DNA of 64,000 nucleotides from the human T2T-CHM13v2.0 reference genome, Homo sapiens: assembly GCF_009914755.1 (NCBI RefSeq), contig NC_060935.1; one strand, written 5' to 3'. Position 1 is the stretch's first letter, and each line of letters begins with the position of its first letter. The notes under the pieces are model-generated. The model searched no databases. It had not been told where the DNA came from and saw nothing but the letters and a program-made list of their open reading frames with translations. Below are positions 27,013 to 43,399 of the stretch, in pieces. A program made the position numbers and the translations under genes.

Positions 27013-28689
27013 TACTATGAAAACACACATAAAATATAGGAAAGTATCCAGGCTAGCCTGTCAGGGCTTTGTCCTGGCTCCTTCGCTTGATCTAAGTGAA
27101 CCTAAGAATGGCTACCAAGAAGTAGGGAAACCAGGGAAAGGACAGAATGTTAGTTGCCTTCGACAGAGCAGCCTCAGTTTTAGAATGAGAGAACGCCATG
27201 GTGCATGATGCTTTGGTTCCCAAGAGACACTCAGTGATATGATTCAGGCAAGTGCATCATGTTACTCGCCTTGATACCTACCTAATGACCTGCTTCCCCA
27301 GAGGACCAAATAACAGCTTATCATTGGCCTAATAATACTCTCCTCTGAGGTCTCCTACCTCTGCTTCCCTCCATTACTGATTGGCTGCATGACCCTGATC
27401 AAGTTACAGCTGTCTCCTGGGTGCACTGAGCAGCACTAGCAGTCTTTCAATCTAATTTACTGTAGAAATAAAAAGTAACTCAGAAATGATCTATAGAAGT
27501 AGCGACAATGCACAGGAGACTTAACAAACTCCAGAGCATGGTGCTTGCAGCAGAAGAGATATCCAGGTCAGTAATTTAACAACAAACTCCAAAAATAAAA
27601 ATGCAAATGTTCATCTTATCACTTATATATTAGGTAATTCAGGTGTGCATTATAGAGTGCTAAGTTGTCATAAGGACTCATGTGAGGTCTTTTCATGGTC
27701 TTTGATGATGGGATCATCTCATGTACACAAAGTACCACTAACGAGGTCCTGGATATTTGATGAGGAATATTTTCCAGAGTGGAAGAAGGTAGATCTGTAA
27801 CAGTTCTATACTGGGCACTATCATAGGCTATTTACATGTATTATTACCAAAAATCTTCACAATGACTGTAGTAGTAGGTACAATTGTCCCAATTATATAC
27901 ATGGGGAAAATGCCATCAGTGATAGATGATTGTCTGTTCCAGTTCAAATCTTATTCATTATGCTATTTCAGGCATGTGATTTAACATTATTGATATGCAG
28001 TTTTTAATATATAATATGTGTATAGTAATAATGTATACATTTTATTACATCTGTATTCTAATACACAAAATGTGTAAAATAGTTAGCATATTATTATGGT
28101 AATAATAACAAAGAATTATAATGCAATAAAGCACCATGATAACATAACCTAAACATGCTTTGCAATAGCCCATCATTTCTTTCACCCAAACCTGGTTCTC
28201 AAATGGAGGCAGGCAAAAGTTTTTATACCTGGTGAAAATGTGATTGGGATAAAGAAATTAGAAGGGAGGGAATAGTTAAAAAAAAAAAAAAAGAAGGGAA
28301 ACAAGGAAGTAAAATGTGGGTCCTCATGTCACCAGTAATCTACTAATCTCCTGACCTAGTGTCTTTCAATAGAGTGAGAGAAACAGGTGTCAATTAACTG
28401 GGAAGTTTTGGAAGTCCCAAACATTTAGAAAACTCCAAGTCCTTCCCATTCATTTTTAAGGTACAGCTAAAAAATATCAGCAGGTACACTAAACAGCAGT
28501 TGGAACTGGGAAATATTTGGGTCACAAAGGCCACACTGGAATTTCTAATTGCCAGCTGTGCAGATTAACTACAGTTATTTCATTAACCTTCTAATAACCA
28601 ATCCTTAATTTTACTTGAATGAGATTTTTTTGGGACAAAATCTATCAAATCATGACAGTGTTTTCCTTTAATAATAACCAGTATTATAT

Positions 28690-28868
28690 ACTGAGATTTT
28701 TCTCTATTCCTATCACTGCCTTAATCACTATTTGTTACATATTAATAACATGAATTCTCACTTAATAACCCTAATCTTGTGACATTGGTACCATTATTAT
28801 CCCTCATTCGCACATGAGGGAATTGAGGCTTAGAGAGGCTAAGCCAAAACTAGTCAACAAGGTTACAC
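28690..28868 (-). mobile_element. MIR remnant
   Basis: AATAACCCT...CATTATTATCCCTCATT..CACATGAGGGAATTGAGGCTTAGAGAGG...CAAGGTTACACA. Confidence 0.65.
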
Positions 28869-28870
28869 AT

Positions 28871-29428
28871 TGTTTTGGTTATCAACTGAAGTGTGACAAC
28901 CACTCAGAAATTTAATAGCTTGAAAACATCCATCATTCTATTTGCTCTATATTCTACCAGTCAGAGATTTGCAGGATCTCTGGATTCTACCACAGATTGG
29001 ACTGGAACGAGTAGAGGCACCATGGGGCAGCACTACAGGGCTGGACATGAGGGTGGGGGCATCACAAGGTCTAGGGTGTCATTTGGAGGTGGCTTCAATG
29101 GCTGGGGCTGGATAGGACAGCTGGGTGAGCCATATGTCTGTTATTTATTTTGTTTATTGTAATTGTTTATTGTCTAGGTCCCTTGCTATTTATCCACAAT
29201 TCTGGCATGAGTCCTGCATGGTGATCTCATGCTTGCAAACGAGTTTTCCAAAAGACAAGTCAATTAAAAAAGTGTTTATTAAGTCTCTGCTTGCATCACT
29301 TTTGTTAACATCTCACTGGCCACAACGAGTCACATGAAAAAGTACTGTGACTGTGGGAGAGGATTAAACAATGTCTAGAAGACAAGAGATACAATACTGG
29401 CACTTTAGAGAGCTTTGAGACCCACCAG
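28871..29428 (-). mobile_element. Old MLT1 (H/I-like) LTR
   Basis: TGTTTTGGTTATC...AATTTAATAGCTTGAAAACA...AAGTCTCTGCTTGCATCAC...CTCACTGGCC...GAGTCACATG...CCCACCA. Confidence 0.6.
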
Positions 29429-30583
29429 AAAGTACATTTGGACTAGGCTTACGTTTGCATGTGTGTGTGGAGGGGAGAAGGTTTGTCATTGGAGACTAGA
29501 GCGGGAGAAAAATAGAACTACATAATTTCAGAGAGACACCATCTATCTAGTTCAGCCTTTCATTTTACATGTAAATAAATTGGAGCCACAATAGAAAAGT
29601 GCCAGGCTAGGCACATAAATCTAACTATTGTCAAAGACTAGATTCAGAATGCAGATGACACCAAAATCCAAAGGAGAAGCTCTAATGGAGAGTTTGCAGC
29701 ATGCGGTAATAGTGAAGAATGTGAGTAGAATGCATGGGCTGAACACAGCTGAAGTGGAGATTAAAAGAGCCAATCAGTGGACAGTCTGAGAGTCCAATCC
29801 TGTGAAGTTGCTTTTAAGTAACCCACTTGAGAATTAATTTGCATTGTCCCTTGCCTGCACTGGTCAAGCTGAAACACCATATCCCTTTCACACATCACTG
29901 CCTAATATCTTTCTACTTATTATTTCCTTGGAGTACTTGAACTCTGCTGTTCGTCTACATATCTACATCAGAATATCTATGTTGTGGTGTAAGCTCCTAA
30001 AAAGCAAAAGGTAAATTATCTTAAATACAGCGTAAAGTAAAATTAAGTATGTAATAAAGGCTTTGGGATTATGAAAATGAGGAAATATGTATGGTGCCTT
30101 AAATTCATCTAGGGAATCATATCTACAGCATCTCCTGTGTAGCATATTTTGTGCTATTTAATACAGAGTTTACATTTAATCAACATAAAACTATAAAGTA
30201 AGTATGTTTTGAATCCTTCGTTTTTTCCACAAATGAGGAAACTAAAGGTGAAGATGGTTAAATGGCTTTCCCACTTGTCATACAGCTAGTAAATGAAACA
30301 TCATAGATTTAAAATTTGACCATTATCCTTGTGCTACTTTTTCTTTAGTGCAACTAAACCATGGTCCCAAGTAATATAGGATAGGATATGCAAAACCCAG
30401 CAAGGTGTGAATGCAGTGTCAGACTTTTACACTTAACATAATTTTGTAAAAATTACGTAACCTCTATGAGTTTGAGTATTTTCATTTGAGAAATGAGAGT
30501 TGGACAAGATTATTTCTTACATGCACTTCACCTCCAGAATGTTTATAGCATTCACGGAAAATTGCCAAGGCAATGATATTCAA

Positions 30584-30602
30584 TGCAGCGCCATCTGGTG
30601 TT
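30584..30602 (-). promoter_or_regulatory. Strong CTCF-like motif
   Basis: Minus strand reads AACACCAGATGGCGCTGCA, matching core CCA(C/G)(C/T)AG(A/G)(G/T)GGCGC with the CpG retained; motif only, binding not shown. Confidence 0.6.
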
Positions 30603-33134
30603 TACCGATGAGATTAGCTGACAGTTCTTGTTAAATGAAAAGAAAAAGAAAATGAAAAAGAAAAAACAGCAAAATAACTCCAAAATATATAAGTGATAAA
30701 TATGCACTATGTACCCAAGATACATCCCACTGCAGATTTTATTCATTTTCTTGTATAATGTTTATAAAGTATGTGTTAAAATATCAAAAGCATTACACTA
30801 ACTGGATTCTTGTACAATGTCACATACAGAGATAGACACTGCCTTCACATATAAATGGAGTAGATTATACCTGCACATTTCACATTCACAATAAAATAAG
30901 TAATAGGTCCCATCATTGCATAGAAACACCTAATTTCTATGCAATTAGGGTTAAATACATTTTAATCCCATGTAGCTACATGCATTTGACAGTAACCAGC
31001 ACTGTTGTATTTGAACTGTGTAATTATACACTGGATCTCTCAGAGGCAGAAAATGTATAATTATGAAGTTCCCTACAGTATTAAAAAAACACAACTGTGT
31101 GGTGCTAGGGAGAAATCACAATGGGGATACACTGCCTGTGATTCCACATCCCTAACTTCAGTGTCTACTTAACTTCCAATACAGTGTAATTAGGCATGGG
31201 TTGAGTTGGAAGATGAACCATATCTAATATATTAACAGCATCTCTTATTCACAAATAGCTAAAGAGCATTCCACCAGTCATGCCAACAGCTTCCCTTACA
31301 CATAACACAAGCAATTTGCCATTCCACCTAGAGTCACCACTATTATATTTTTTGCTTTCAAAACAAGATTCTGAAAATATTTCCCCAAGCCACTCAAAAT
31401 GCAGCCTTTGTATGGGTATTATATAGAGTTCCTAGATGCATGAAACATAATTTCACAGGGGAGTTAAAGTGATGAGGTATGCTCAGTAAGTAAAAAGGAA
31501 TGCAAACTAAACAGGGCTATATGTTGGATTTCTTGTCTGCTTTCTCGATAGATGAGCGCTACAGAGACTTTCTAAAGGACATGGCTAAAGGATTTGGCTT
31601 ATATTTTGAAATTCTTATGGCACTTAATTATAAAGTCCTTCACTTAAATTTGCTTAAAAGTTAATTAAATATCTATAGAATTTGGGAGAAGAGTCTTTAT
31701 AGCAACTTGCATGAAAACCTTAATGCATACAGGCTTCACATGAGCCAATGAGATGATATGCTAAGAAAGTGTCTTGGGCAGTATTAGTGAGTGCAATGTC
31801 TACCTTAGGAAATAGCAGCCCCACAATGCCACGATAAAGAGTCTAAATGTCCTAGAGAAGGTAGGGAAATGAAATCAAGTAAAACCAAAAACTGAAAGAA
31901 CATATGTTTAATTTAGTCTTAGAGGGAAGTCATATAATGATCAAATTAAAAATTTCAGATAGTTAAAAGTAGTATGTAAAGTGAAAAAAGGGATGCAATA
32001 GAAAATATGCAGAAAGCAGAAACTGAAATAAAGTGAGAAAGGTATAACTTTTCTAATAAAGTGAGAGTTGAGGTGGAAGATCAATAATAAGAGAGAGGCA
32101 GCTTTGCAGGAGTCTCAAGAAAAAATTCTAGGTATGAACAAAAACAAGTGCAAAGTTCCTGGGACAAACAATGAAAGAACCAGAGAATCTGGAGTAGAAG
32201 AACAGGAGAATTGTAAGCAGTGACCACTTTCATACTGGGTGTAAAAACAAGATTAACGTTGTTCGGGAATAAAACTGGAAAAGGGTGAAAGAATTAAAGC
32301 ATCCTAACTATGAAGTCAAGTTATATGTGAAAATGGATCATGTAATGGAATCCAATTTATTCTCCTATATTTTAAACCAGCTGTTAATGATTCTAATTTA
32401 AAGATCTTATGCTACACAGCAATTATCATTGTATGCACAAGTTTTGTAGGTATTTGTCTTTTATGTCATTTCTATACAATTAAATGAGCATTAATAAGAT
32501 AAAAAACATTTCAGAGTATTAAAAGCTATTTATGGATTCATACATGATTAGTTTATTGCTGATTTTAAAATAAATCAAAATGTTTAGACTCTGACTATTA
32601 AGATGTACAAGAGAGTTGATTTTTCTAATTTTTTTTAAGTTAGTCATAGAAGGAGATTCTATTGTTTCTTTCTATAGAAGGTATGGTCTTTCTTAGGAAG
32701 AATATACTATAAAGTTTGTGAATACTAACCATGACTGCCATTCACAAAACGTAAGAACTTGGAGAAGTCATTGAATCTCTCTAAGCCTGTTGCTTCATAT
32801 GTAAAAATGAGATTGCAATATATGGCTTATGTCTTTATCATAATTTTCTCCAGTCTAACATTCTGTGATTATGTTTATATGCCATCCTAGGAAAATCTCT
32901 GTATATTCTTTCCCTTACAGTAGAATTTTATTCTTGTAATAGACTATTCCTATAATATACATGATGTATATTAAAAATATATATTCTTATAATACAGTTT
33001 TAAAATGTGAATATTCTGATGTGTTTTTCCAATCTTAATGTACTTTACCAACATGGTCTCTCCTGTCTACCACACATTCCCCATTTTATTTTAGATAATA
33101 TTGTTATTTTCTCATCACACCTAAATTTCTACTA

Positions 33135-36100
33135 CTTTTTATTATTATTTATTAAACTTTAAGTTCCAGTATACATGTGCAGAACTATGCAGGTTTGTTA
33201 AGTAGGTATACATGTGCCATGGTGGTTTGCTGTACCCATCAACCCACCATCTAGGTTTTAAGCCTCACATGCATTAGGTATTTGTCCTAATGCTCTCCCT
33301 CCCCTTACCCCCAACCCCCTGACAGGCCCTGGTATGTGATGTTCCCCTCCCTGTGTCCATGTGTTCTCATTGTTCAGCTCCCACTTATGAGTGAGAACAT
33401 GCGGTGTTTGGTTTTCTGTTCCTGTGTTAGTTTGCTGAAAATGATGGTTTCCAGATTCATCCATGTCCCTGCAAAGGACATGAACTCATTTTATTTTTAT
33501 GAATGCATAGTATTCCATGGTGTATATGTGCCCCATTTTCTTTATCCAGTCTATGATTGATGGATATTAGGGTTGGTTCCAAGTCTTTGCTATTGTGAAT
33601 AGCACTGCAATAAACATATGTGTGCATATGTCTTTATAGTAGAATGATTTATAATCCTTTAGGTATATACCCAGTAATTAGATTGCTGGATCAAATTGTG
33701 TTTCTGGTTCTAGATCCTGAGGAATTGCCACAGTCTTCCACAACGGTTGAACTAATTTATACTCCCACAAATAGTGCAAAAGCATTCCTATTTCTCCGTA
33801 TCCTCTCCAGCATCTGTTGTTTCCTGACTTCTTAATGATCATCATTCTAACTGGCATGAGATGGTATCTAGTTGTGTGTGTGTGTTTTTTTTTTTTTTGC
33901 ATTGCTCTAATGACCAGTGATGTTGAGCTATTTTTCATATGTTGGTTGGCCACATAAATGTCTTCTTTTGAGAAGTGTCTGTTTATATCATTTGCCCACT
34001 TTTTGATGGAGTTGTTTTTTTCTTCTAAATTTGTTTAAGTTCCTTGCAGATTCTGGATATTTGACCTTTGTCAGATGGATAGATTGAAAAAATCTCCTCA
34101 CATTTTGTAGGTTGCCTGTTCAATCTGATGATAGTTCCTTTGCTGTGCAGAAACTCTTTAGTTTAATCAGATCCCATTTGCCAGTTTTGGCTTTTGTTGC
34201 CATTGCTTGTAATGTTCTAGTCATGAAGTCTTTGCCTATGCCTATGCCCTGAGTGGTATTAACTAGGTTTTCTTGTAGGGTTTTTATGGTTTTAGGTTTT
34301 ATGTTTAAGCCCTTAATCCATCTTGAGTTAATTTTTGTATAAGATGTAAGGAAGGAGTCCAATTTCGGTTTTCTCCATATGGCTAGCCAGTTTCCCGAGC
34401 ACCACTTATTAAATAGGCAATTCTTCCCCCATTGCTTGTTTTTGTCAAGTTTGTCAAAGATCAGATGATTGTAGATGTGTAGTATTATTTCGGAGGCCTC
34501 TGTTCTGTTCCATTGGTCAATATGTCTGTTTTGGTACCAGTACCATGCTGTTTTGTTTGCTGTAAGCTTGTAGTATAGTTTCAAGTCAGGTAGCATGATG
34601 CTTCCAGCTTTTTACTTTTTGCTTAGGATTGTGTTGGCTATATGGGGTATTTTTTATGTGAAATTTAAAGCAATCTTTTCAGCTCTGTGAAGAAAGTCAA
34701 TGGTAGGTTGATGGGGATAGCATTGAATCTATAGATTACTTTGGGCAGTGTGGTCATTTTCACGATATTGGTTCTTCCTTTCCATGAGCATGGAATGTTT
34801 TTCTATTTGTTTGTGTCCTCTCTTATTTTTTGAGCAGTGGTTTGTTGTTATCCTTGAAGAGGTCCTTCACATCCCTTGTAAATTGTATTCCTAGGTATTT
34901 TATTCTCTTTGTATCAATTGTGAATGGGAGTTCACTCATGATTTGGCTCTCTGCTTTTCTATTCTTGGTGTATAGGAATTCTTGTGATATTTGCACATTG
35001 ATTTAGTATCCTGAGACTTTCCTGAAGTTGCTTATCAGCTTAAGGAGTTTTGGGCTGAGCTGATGGGGTTTTCTAAATATGCAATCATGTCATCTGCTAA
35101 CAGATACAATTTGACTTCCTTTCTTCCAATTTGAATACCCTTTATTTTTTTCTCTTGCCTGATTGCCCTGGCCAGAACTTCCAATACTATGTTGAATAGT
35201 AGTAGTGAGAGAGGGTATCCTTGTCTTGTGCTGATTTTCAAAGAGAATGCTGCTAGCTTTTGCCCGTTCAATATGATATTGGCTGTGGGTTTGTCATAAA
35301 TAGCTCTTATTATTTTTAGATATGTTCCATCAATACCTAGTTTATTGAGAGTTTTTAGCATGAAGTTGTGTTGAATTTTACTGAAGGTCTTTTCTGCATC
35401 TATTGAGATAATCATGCAGTTTTTGTCTTTGGTTATGTTTATGTGATTGTTTATGTTTGTTGATTTGCATATGTTGAACCAGCCTTGCATCCCAAGGGTG
35501 AAGCTGACTTGATCGTGGTGGATAAGCTTTTGGATGTGCTGCTGGATTCAGTTTGCCAGTATTTTATTGAGGATTATCACATCAATGTTCATCAGGGATG
35601 AACAGGCCAATGCCTGAAATTTTCTTTTTTTGTTGTGTCTCGGCCAGGTTTTGGTATCAGGATGATGCTGGCCTCATAGAGTGAGTTAGGGAGGATTCTC
35701 TCTTTTTCTGTTGTTTGGGATAGTTTCAGAAGGAATGGTACTGACTCCTCTTTCTACCTCTGGTAGAATTCGGCTGTGAATCCATCTGGTCCTGGGCTTT
35801 TTTTGGTTGGTAGGCTATTAATTACTGCTTCAATTTCAGAACTTGTTATTGGTTTATTCAGGGATTTGACTTCTTCCTGCTTTAGTCTTGGGAGGGTGTA
35901 TGTGTCCAGGAATTTATTCACTTCTTCTAGGTTGTCTGATTTATTTGCGTAGAGGTGTTTATAGTAATCTCTGATTGTAGTTTGTATTTCTATGGTATCA
36001 GTGGTGATATCCCCTTTATCATTTTCTATTGTGTCTATTTGATTCTTTTCTCTTTTCTTCTTTATTAGTCTGGCTAGTGGTCTATCTATTTTGTTAATCT

Positions 36101-36231
36101 TTTCAAAAAAATTGCTCCTGGATTCACTGATTTTTTGAAGGGTGTTTTTGTGTCTCTATCTCCTGCAGTTCTGCTCTGATCTTAATTATTTCTTGTCTTC
36201 TGCTAGCTTTTGAATTTGTTTACTCTTGTTC
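33135..36231 (-). mobile_element. 5'-truncated L1PA7/8-like element (~3.1 kb), disrupted ORF2 RT and C-terminal domain plus 3'UTR
   Basis: RT peptides [10 protein letters not shown]...IISIDAEK...RQGYPLS...LADDMI; 3'UTR mark CATCTAGGTTTTAAGCC..CATGCATTAGG. Confidence 0.95.
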
Positions 36232-36257
36232 CCTTAAGTCCTACTGATCAGAAACTT

Positions 36258-36307
36258 AAAAAAATTAATTGTGGTAAAGTATACATAACATGAAATACAA
36301 CATTTAA

Positions 36308-36343
<36 letters not shown>

Positions 36344-36631
36344 AGACGAAGACTTGCTCTGTGGCCCAGGCTGGAGTTCAATGGCTTGATCTCGGCTCAC
36401 TGCAGCCTCTGCATCCTGGGTTTCATCCAGCTATTCTCCTGCCTCAGCCTCCTGGGTAGCTGGCATTACAGGCGCACACTGCCACGCCCAGCATTTAAGC
36501 CACTTTTAAGTGAACAGTTCAGTGACATTAAGTACATTCACCCTTTTGTGCAACCATCATCACTCTCTATCTCCAGAACTTTTTTATCTTGCAAAATAAA
36601 CTCTGCATCCATTAAACAATAATTCTTCTTG
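36258..36631 (-). mobile_element. Short L1MB-type 3' end, interrupted by an Alu
   Basis: AATTGTGGTAAAGTATACATAAC...TTTTAAGTGAACAGTTCAGTGACATTAAGTACATTCAC...CCATTAAACAATAA; flanked by direct repeat TCAGAAACTT (36248-36257, 36632-36641). Confidence 0.8.
36311..36491 (-). mobile_element. 5'-truncated Alu (right arm only) with T32 tail
   Basis: T32 then GAGACGAAGACTTGCTCTG...CCACGCCCAG; 10-bp TSD CATTTAAGCC at 36301-36310 and 36492-36501. Confidence 0.95.
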
Positions 36632-36952
36632 TCAGAAACTTTAAATGTTTACCCTCAGAGTGGCAAATAGAAGAGGTCCATAAAAATCAATTGTGAAGGA
36701 CTTATTCTCTCCCAATCCAATCATAAGACCTCATTCAGGAGTAAATACAATAAACAAGAAGAGTACCCAACCTCTTAAAATTTATAGTTTAGAAGAAAGA
36801 ATCGAGATTAACTTATTCCCCGGCTTTCTTTTTGGTCACCACTGCCTAGAGAAATACGGGGAGCAGACCATAAAGCCATATGGACTGTGTGCATCATTTT
36901 CTGGCTGTGCTTAACTTAATGTTCCTCCCTATCTTTGCACACTGGTCTGCCA

Positions 36953-36969
36953 AGGACCAGATGGCACAA
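36953..36969 (+). promoter_or_regulatory. Weaker CTCF-like motif
   Basis: GGACCAGATGGCACAAC; core ACCAGATGGC is identical to the 30.6-kb motif but on the opposite strand. Confidence 0.35.
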
Positions 36970-37206
36970 CCCTGTGCAAAGAGGTGCATCTTTCCTCAAG
37001 GAAGTTGTTTGTTCTTACATGGAGCACATACATTTAACTTAATTCAGTAGTAAAAAAAAAAAAAAATTCTGGAATCACAGGCTGTTTGGAAACTACAACC
37101 ATCTCTGAAATTCTTCTCCACTTAAATCAGAAGAGAGGAGAGGGGAATAAACTGGAAGAAAAGAAAGGGAACATGATGAGAATATTTATTTAAAGACTAT
37201 TTTAGA

Positions 37207-37258
37207 ATATATATACATATATATGTATATATATACATATATATGTATATATATATAT
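37207..37258. repeat. Self-complementary TA-rich microsatellite
   Basis: TATATATACATATATATGTATATATA units are palindromic. Confidence 0.85.
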
Positions 37259-37710
37259 CCTTATCCATAGATCTTTGTGAATGTTGCATTTTTATTCCAA
37301 CTTTGTATATAGTTGCATATCTGTAGCCCTTTAATTTGTCCAAGGGTGACATGCCTATTAGAGTTGGGGTTCAAACTGACACCAGAGACACTTACATTTG
37401 CTCTGAAGTCTAGGAAAGTTGTCTGGGGAGGTTCTTCTAGCACTTTGTCATGTTCATGGGAGGATCATGTCACTGCTACATAGCATGACATCAACTAAAA
37501 CATGAAGGACATGCTGCTCAATGATAGATTTAGGGACAAAACTAGATAGATTTTTTAAATGTGCTCTCTGCTTCTGATGTGGCAAAATTCTTGACGATTA
37601 CCATGTCACAAATTTTAGCCTTTTCTACTTTAAGAAGCATAAAATACATATAACTTAGTTGGCTCTTTCATTACATTTAATGAAAATTTTGCTATTAAAA
37701 ACTCAACTCT

Positions 37711-39840
<2,130 letters not shown>

Positions 39841-41529
39841 GAAAACTCAACTCTTGGAAACTAGCATATCCTAGTTTAAATAAAAATAAATTATCATTAG
39901 ATGTTCTTGTGTTATGTATTACCTTAGTACTTCATCTATTTATTCTTCACTGTGCTAGGCAATCCAACTCTCTCGTCAACACCCTGAGGAAAGAATGATA
40001 TGTCCCAGGAGATATGTGGATATGTGTGTTTGTAGTAGGGGGTGTAGGTATGAACTGAAACAGACTTGGAGAGAAGTCTGTCTTCTCATAAAAAATTGAA
40101 AACTATTTGATTTTTGACCATGAAATTTCCCTACAGACAGGGAGAACATTTAAACTCTGAAATCACACAGGATTGCAAGAAACTTGTCTGGATAACAGCC
40201 AAGGATTTTGGGATGAGACACATCTCTGAGACATTAAGTCAGACCAAATGTATTCTTTTCATGGAAGAAGAACAGAAAAGAAATAAAATTAGATAGTCTG
40301 GTTTCAATACTTGGTAACATGTTCTTCAATTTTTTGGTGGGAGTGCTGTAAGGGAAATTTTGTTTAAGATTAAGATCTACTACAGATAGGAAACTTAAAA
40401 TTAATTTTTTTCTAATAAAAAGATGAAGAATATGTTATTGTAGGGTGAATGCTGAGCCAAGCATAAATAATGTCTGAGTTTCTCTTTCAAGAATACTCTT
40501 TTTTTAGAAATAGCTATTTGGTACATTATGGACACATGCTGGTAGAGGCTATTAGCCAAAAGCCCCAGATTTATTCACTGTAACCTTTTAAAAATAACGT
40601 ACCAAATGTTCATTATTTGTATGTAGGTTGAATGGGAACGGGTATGAAACAGTTTAAATAAACTCTTGAGCTGTTGATCAAAGGAAAGTGTTTAATGGTG
40701 TCACACTGAAAGTGTCATGTCATCTTCCCATAGGAAAGACATTTTAAGGCCAGACTCTAGTCAGAAATTCTATCATATCTTTAATGAAAGAATAGCAAAA
40801 TACTTTTTTCCTCTGAATCACAGCTGGAGCAGAACATAAAGAAAACATAAAAGAATGGAGAGCACAGAGAGTGACCATAAGCCACAGCATCTCATAAATG
40901 GGATGAGAGAACAATTTTTAGATACAGAAAATAATTTATAGAAGGCATTTTGCAATGCCCATTGGAGAGGAGCAGATTTCTTTTTACCAAACAACTAATA
41001 AAAGCTTGAGAAATTCAATAGAAATAATCATATGGTGTCTGATAAAAGAGTGGTATCGTAGCATAGAACTCCATGAGGTAACCACAGTTTAAGAATGTGC
41101 AAGAGATTTAGCAGAAACTAAAGGAAGAGAATATAAAGACCAGAAATAAACAGAGAATATTCTCTAAATCACATTGGCTAACCATTTTTATATTGAGAAA
41201 GAATTGGAAACTTATACTCTGAACTCACTATAAAAACATTTATTGTTCGTGTTATACAACCATGTTTTCACTGACTATACTGGAAGCAATTTATGGTTTT
41301 CACTCTGTAGTTTTGGCCCTTTTACAAGAATAGCCTTTGGTTGACTTCATAAAGATACAGATTAAAAACAACATTTCTATTCTGAAGGATAGCAGGGTCA
41401 GGAAAGCAATTATATCAGTCAAGTTACTGTGATCAGAGTATGCAAAAAAGGTAAGAAATCTTTCTAACTTGATATGGTAAATCAGTCTTATTTCTGCCAG
41501 TATTTAAGCAGCAAATATTTGAAAAAGGC

Positions 41530-41561
<32 letters not shown>

Positions 41562-41627
41562 TTATACATTTATACCATATGTATATACATACATACTATA
41601 TATAGATATATATATACATATATAGAT

Positions 41628-41681
<54 letters not shown>

Positions 41682-41689
41682 ATATATAT
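41530..41689. repeat. (TA)n/(TAGATA)n compound microsatellite
   Basis: Direct reading. Confidence 0.9.
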
Positions 41690-43004
41690 GTCTTTGCCTT
41701 TGAGGTTCTTTTACAATCCAGAATGGAGTTGGCAAATATTTAACCATTTTTTCTAATCACTTCTATATTGCATTTAATGCTCACAATTTCTCTTTTCTTT
41801 AGGCCTTTATTATCTATTCCAATCTTTCCTCTTTGTGTTACTTTTCTATTCTTCAAACTCTTCCTTTTATTGTGAGTCAAGCTAATGCAATAAATAACTT
41901 GAAGCACTGATATGCATGAACAAAGACTGGTTACTGACATTATGACTTTACTATTTAAAAATATGTTTCACTAATACAGCTCAATAAAACACCTCCTCTG
42001 TAACTAATAGAAATAATTCCAATTTATTACTACTTCTTACAGCAATTTGCTGTACACCAGAGAATATAGTATATCTTAAGTAGTACTAGAAGAAAACAGA
42101 CTGCAAGGAAATTTCAGATAAAAAATACCATGTGCAATTGGTGAAATTTAGTGAAGAAGGACTGTTCACAGGGGGTTACTTTTGAGATGACTCCTGAATA
42201 ATGATAGAAATTCAACAAGAAGAGATATTGGAAGGTATTTGGGGAAAGGGAAATGAAGATGGATAGTTAGACAGACTAGAGAAAATACTCAAGGATGGGA
42301 AAATGCAGAAAGATATTTGGAAATCGTTCAAAGAATATGATGTGGGTAGCAGAAAGAATTGGGTGTTATACAAGTTGCACCATAATGGTCAAACTAAAGT
42401 TTAGAAAGCAGGCAGTGGCTTGATCAGAGCTGTGCTTTAGGTGAAGTGAACCTTACATAGGCTTACAGTTAACTAGTGGGAAGTTATCAGAAGTGTGGGT
42501 GAGAAACAGTTAAGAATCTAAGCTATAGTGGAAATATTAGGAATCCAATGAAGGAGACAGAAAATCCATAGAACTTGGGAATTTGGGTAAGTGAGAAATA
42601 TGGAATCAGAGAATATCCTGTGGTTCTGAAATTGGATGCCTGGAAAAATTGGAAGCCAGGAACAGAAAAAGGTTATTTTGTTCGATTTTAATCATGTTGT
42701 GTCTGAGGACTATTAGAGATAGCCAATTAATGGTAAAGCTTTTTCACGAGCAAAAGTCGTCTCTGTTTCAGAATTTATGGTAATAATAAAATGTCTGAGC
42801 TACTGTTATTTCCCAAACAATTAATTCTTAAAGAGAAGATCCATGTTCTATTACTGCAGCAAGAACCACAAGACTAGAAAGAGCCTGGGAAATGTTTAAG
42901 CCTGCACTCACACCTAGTGTTCCAAACTGCCTCTGCAAATTTCCCAGCATGGGTGGTGAGTATTGGGAAAGGTAGGATTAGAATGACTGAAGAGACTTTT
43001 CTAT

Positions 43005-43175
43005 AACAACTACTAGTTGAACAAAGTTGAGTAAATTATTTATCCTCTCTGTTTCTTAGATTTCATGTCTGTAAAGTGAAATACTTAAAAAATGATTAGT
43101 GATACACACCCAACTACTTATATAGGGTTGTTGTAAGAATTAAGTGAGGTTAATGTTCCTAAAAGTGTGAATCAC
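43005..43175 (+). mobile_element. MIR remnant
   Basis: TTGAGTAAATTATTTATCCTCTCTG...TCTGTAAAGTG...ATAGGGTTGTTGTAAGAATTAAGTGAGG. Confidence 0.65.
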
Positions 43176-43399
43176 TATAAATTATGTGAATCTTTATAAA
43201 TTATGTGGTGTGATGGCACTGGTAGTAACCATGTAATGGTAGTAGATACTGATGGTGTTGCTGCTGTAATGACTACAACCATTTCCACTAAAACAATGAT
43301 TGCTGCTTCCATTATTGCTACCATTATTGAGACCATTTTTTAATGAATGGGATCTTCACTTCTCTCAAGAGATGGTCAACTGGCCATTTTATTATCTCT

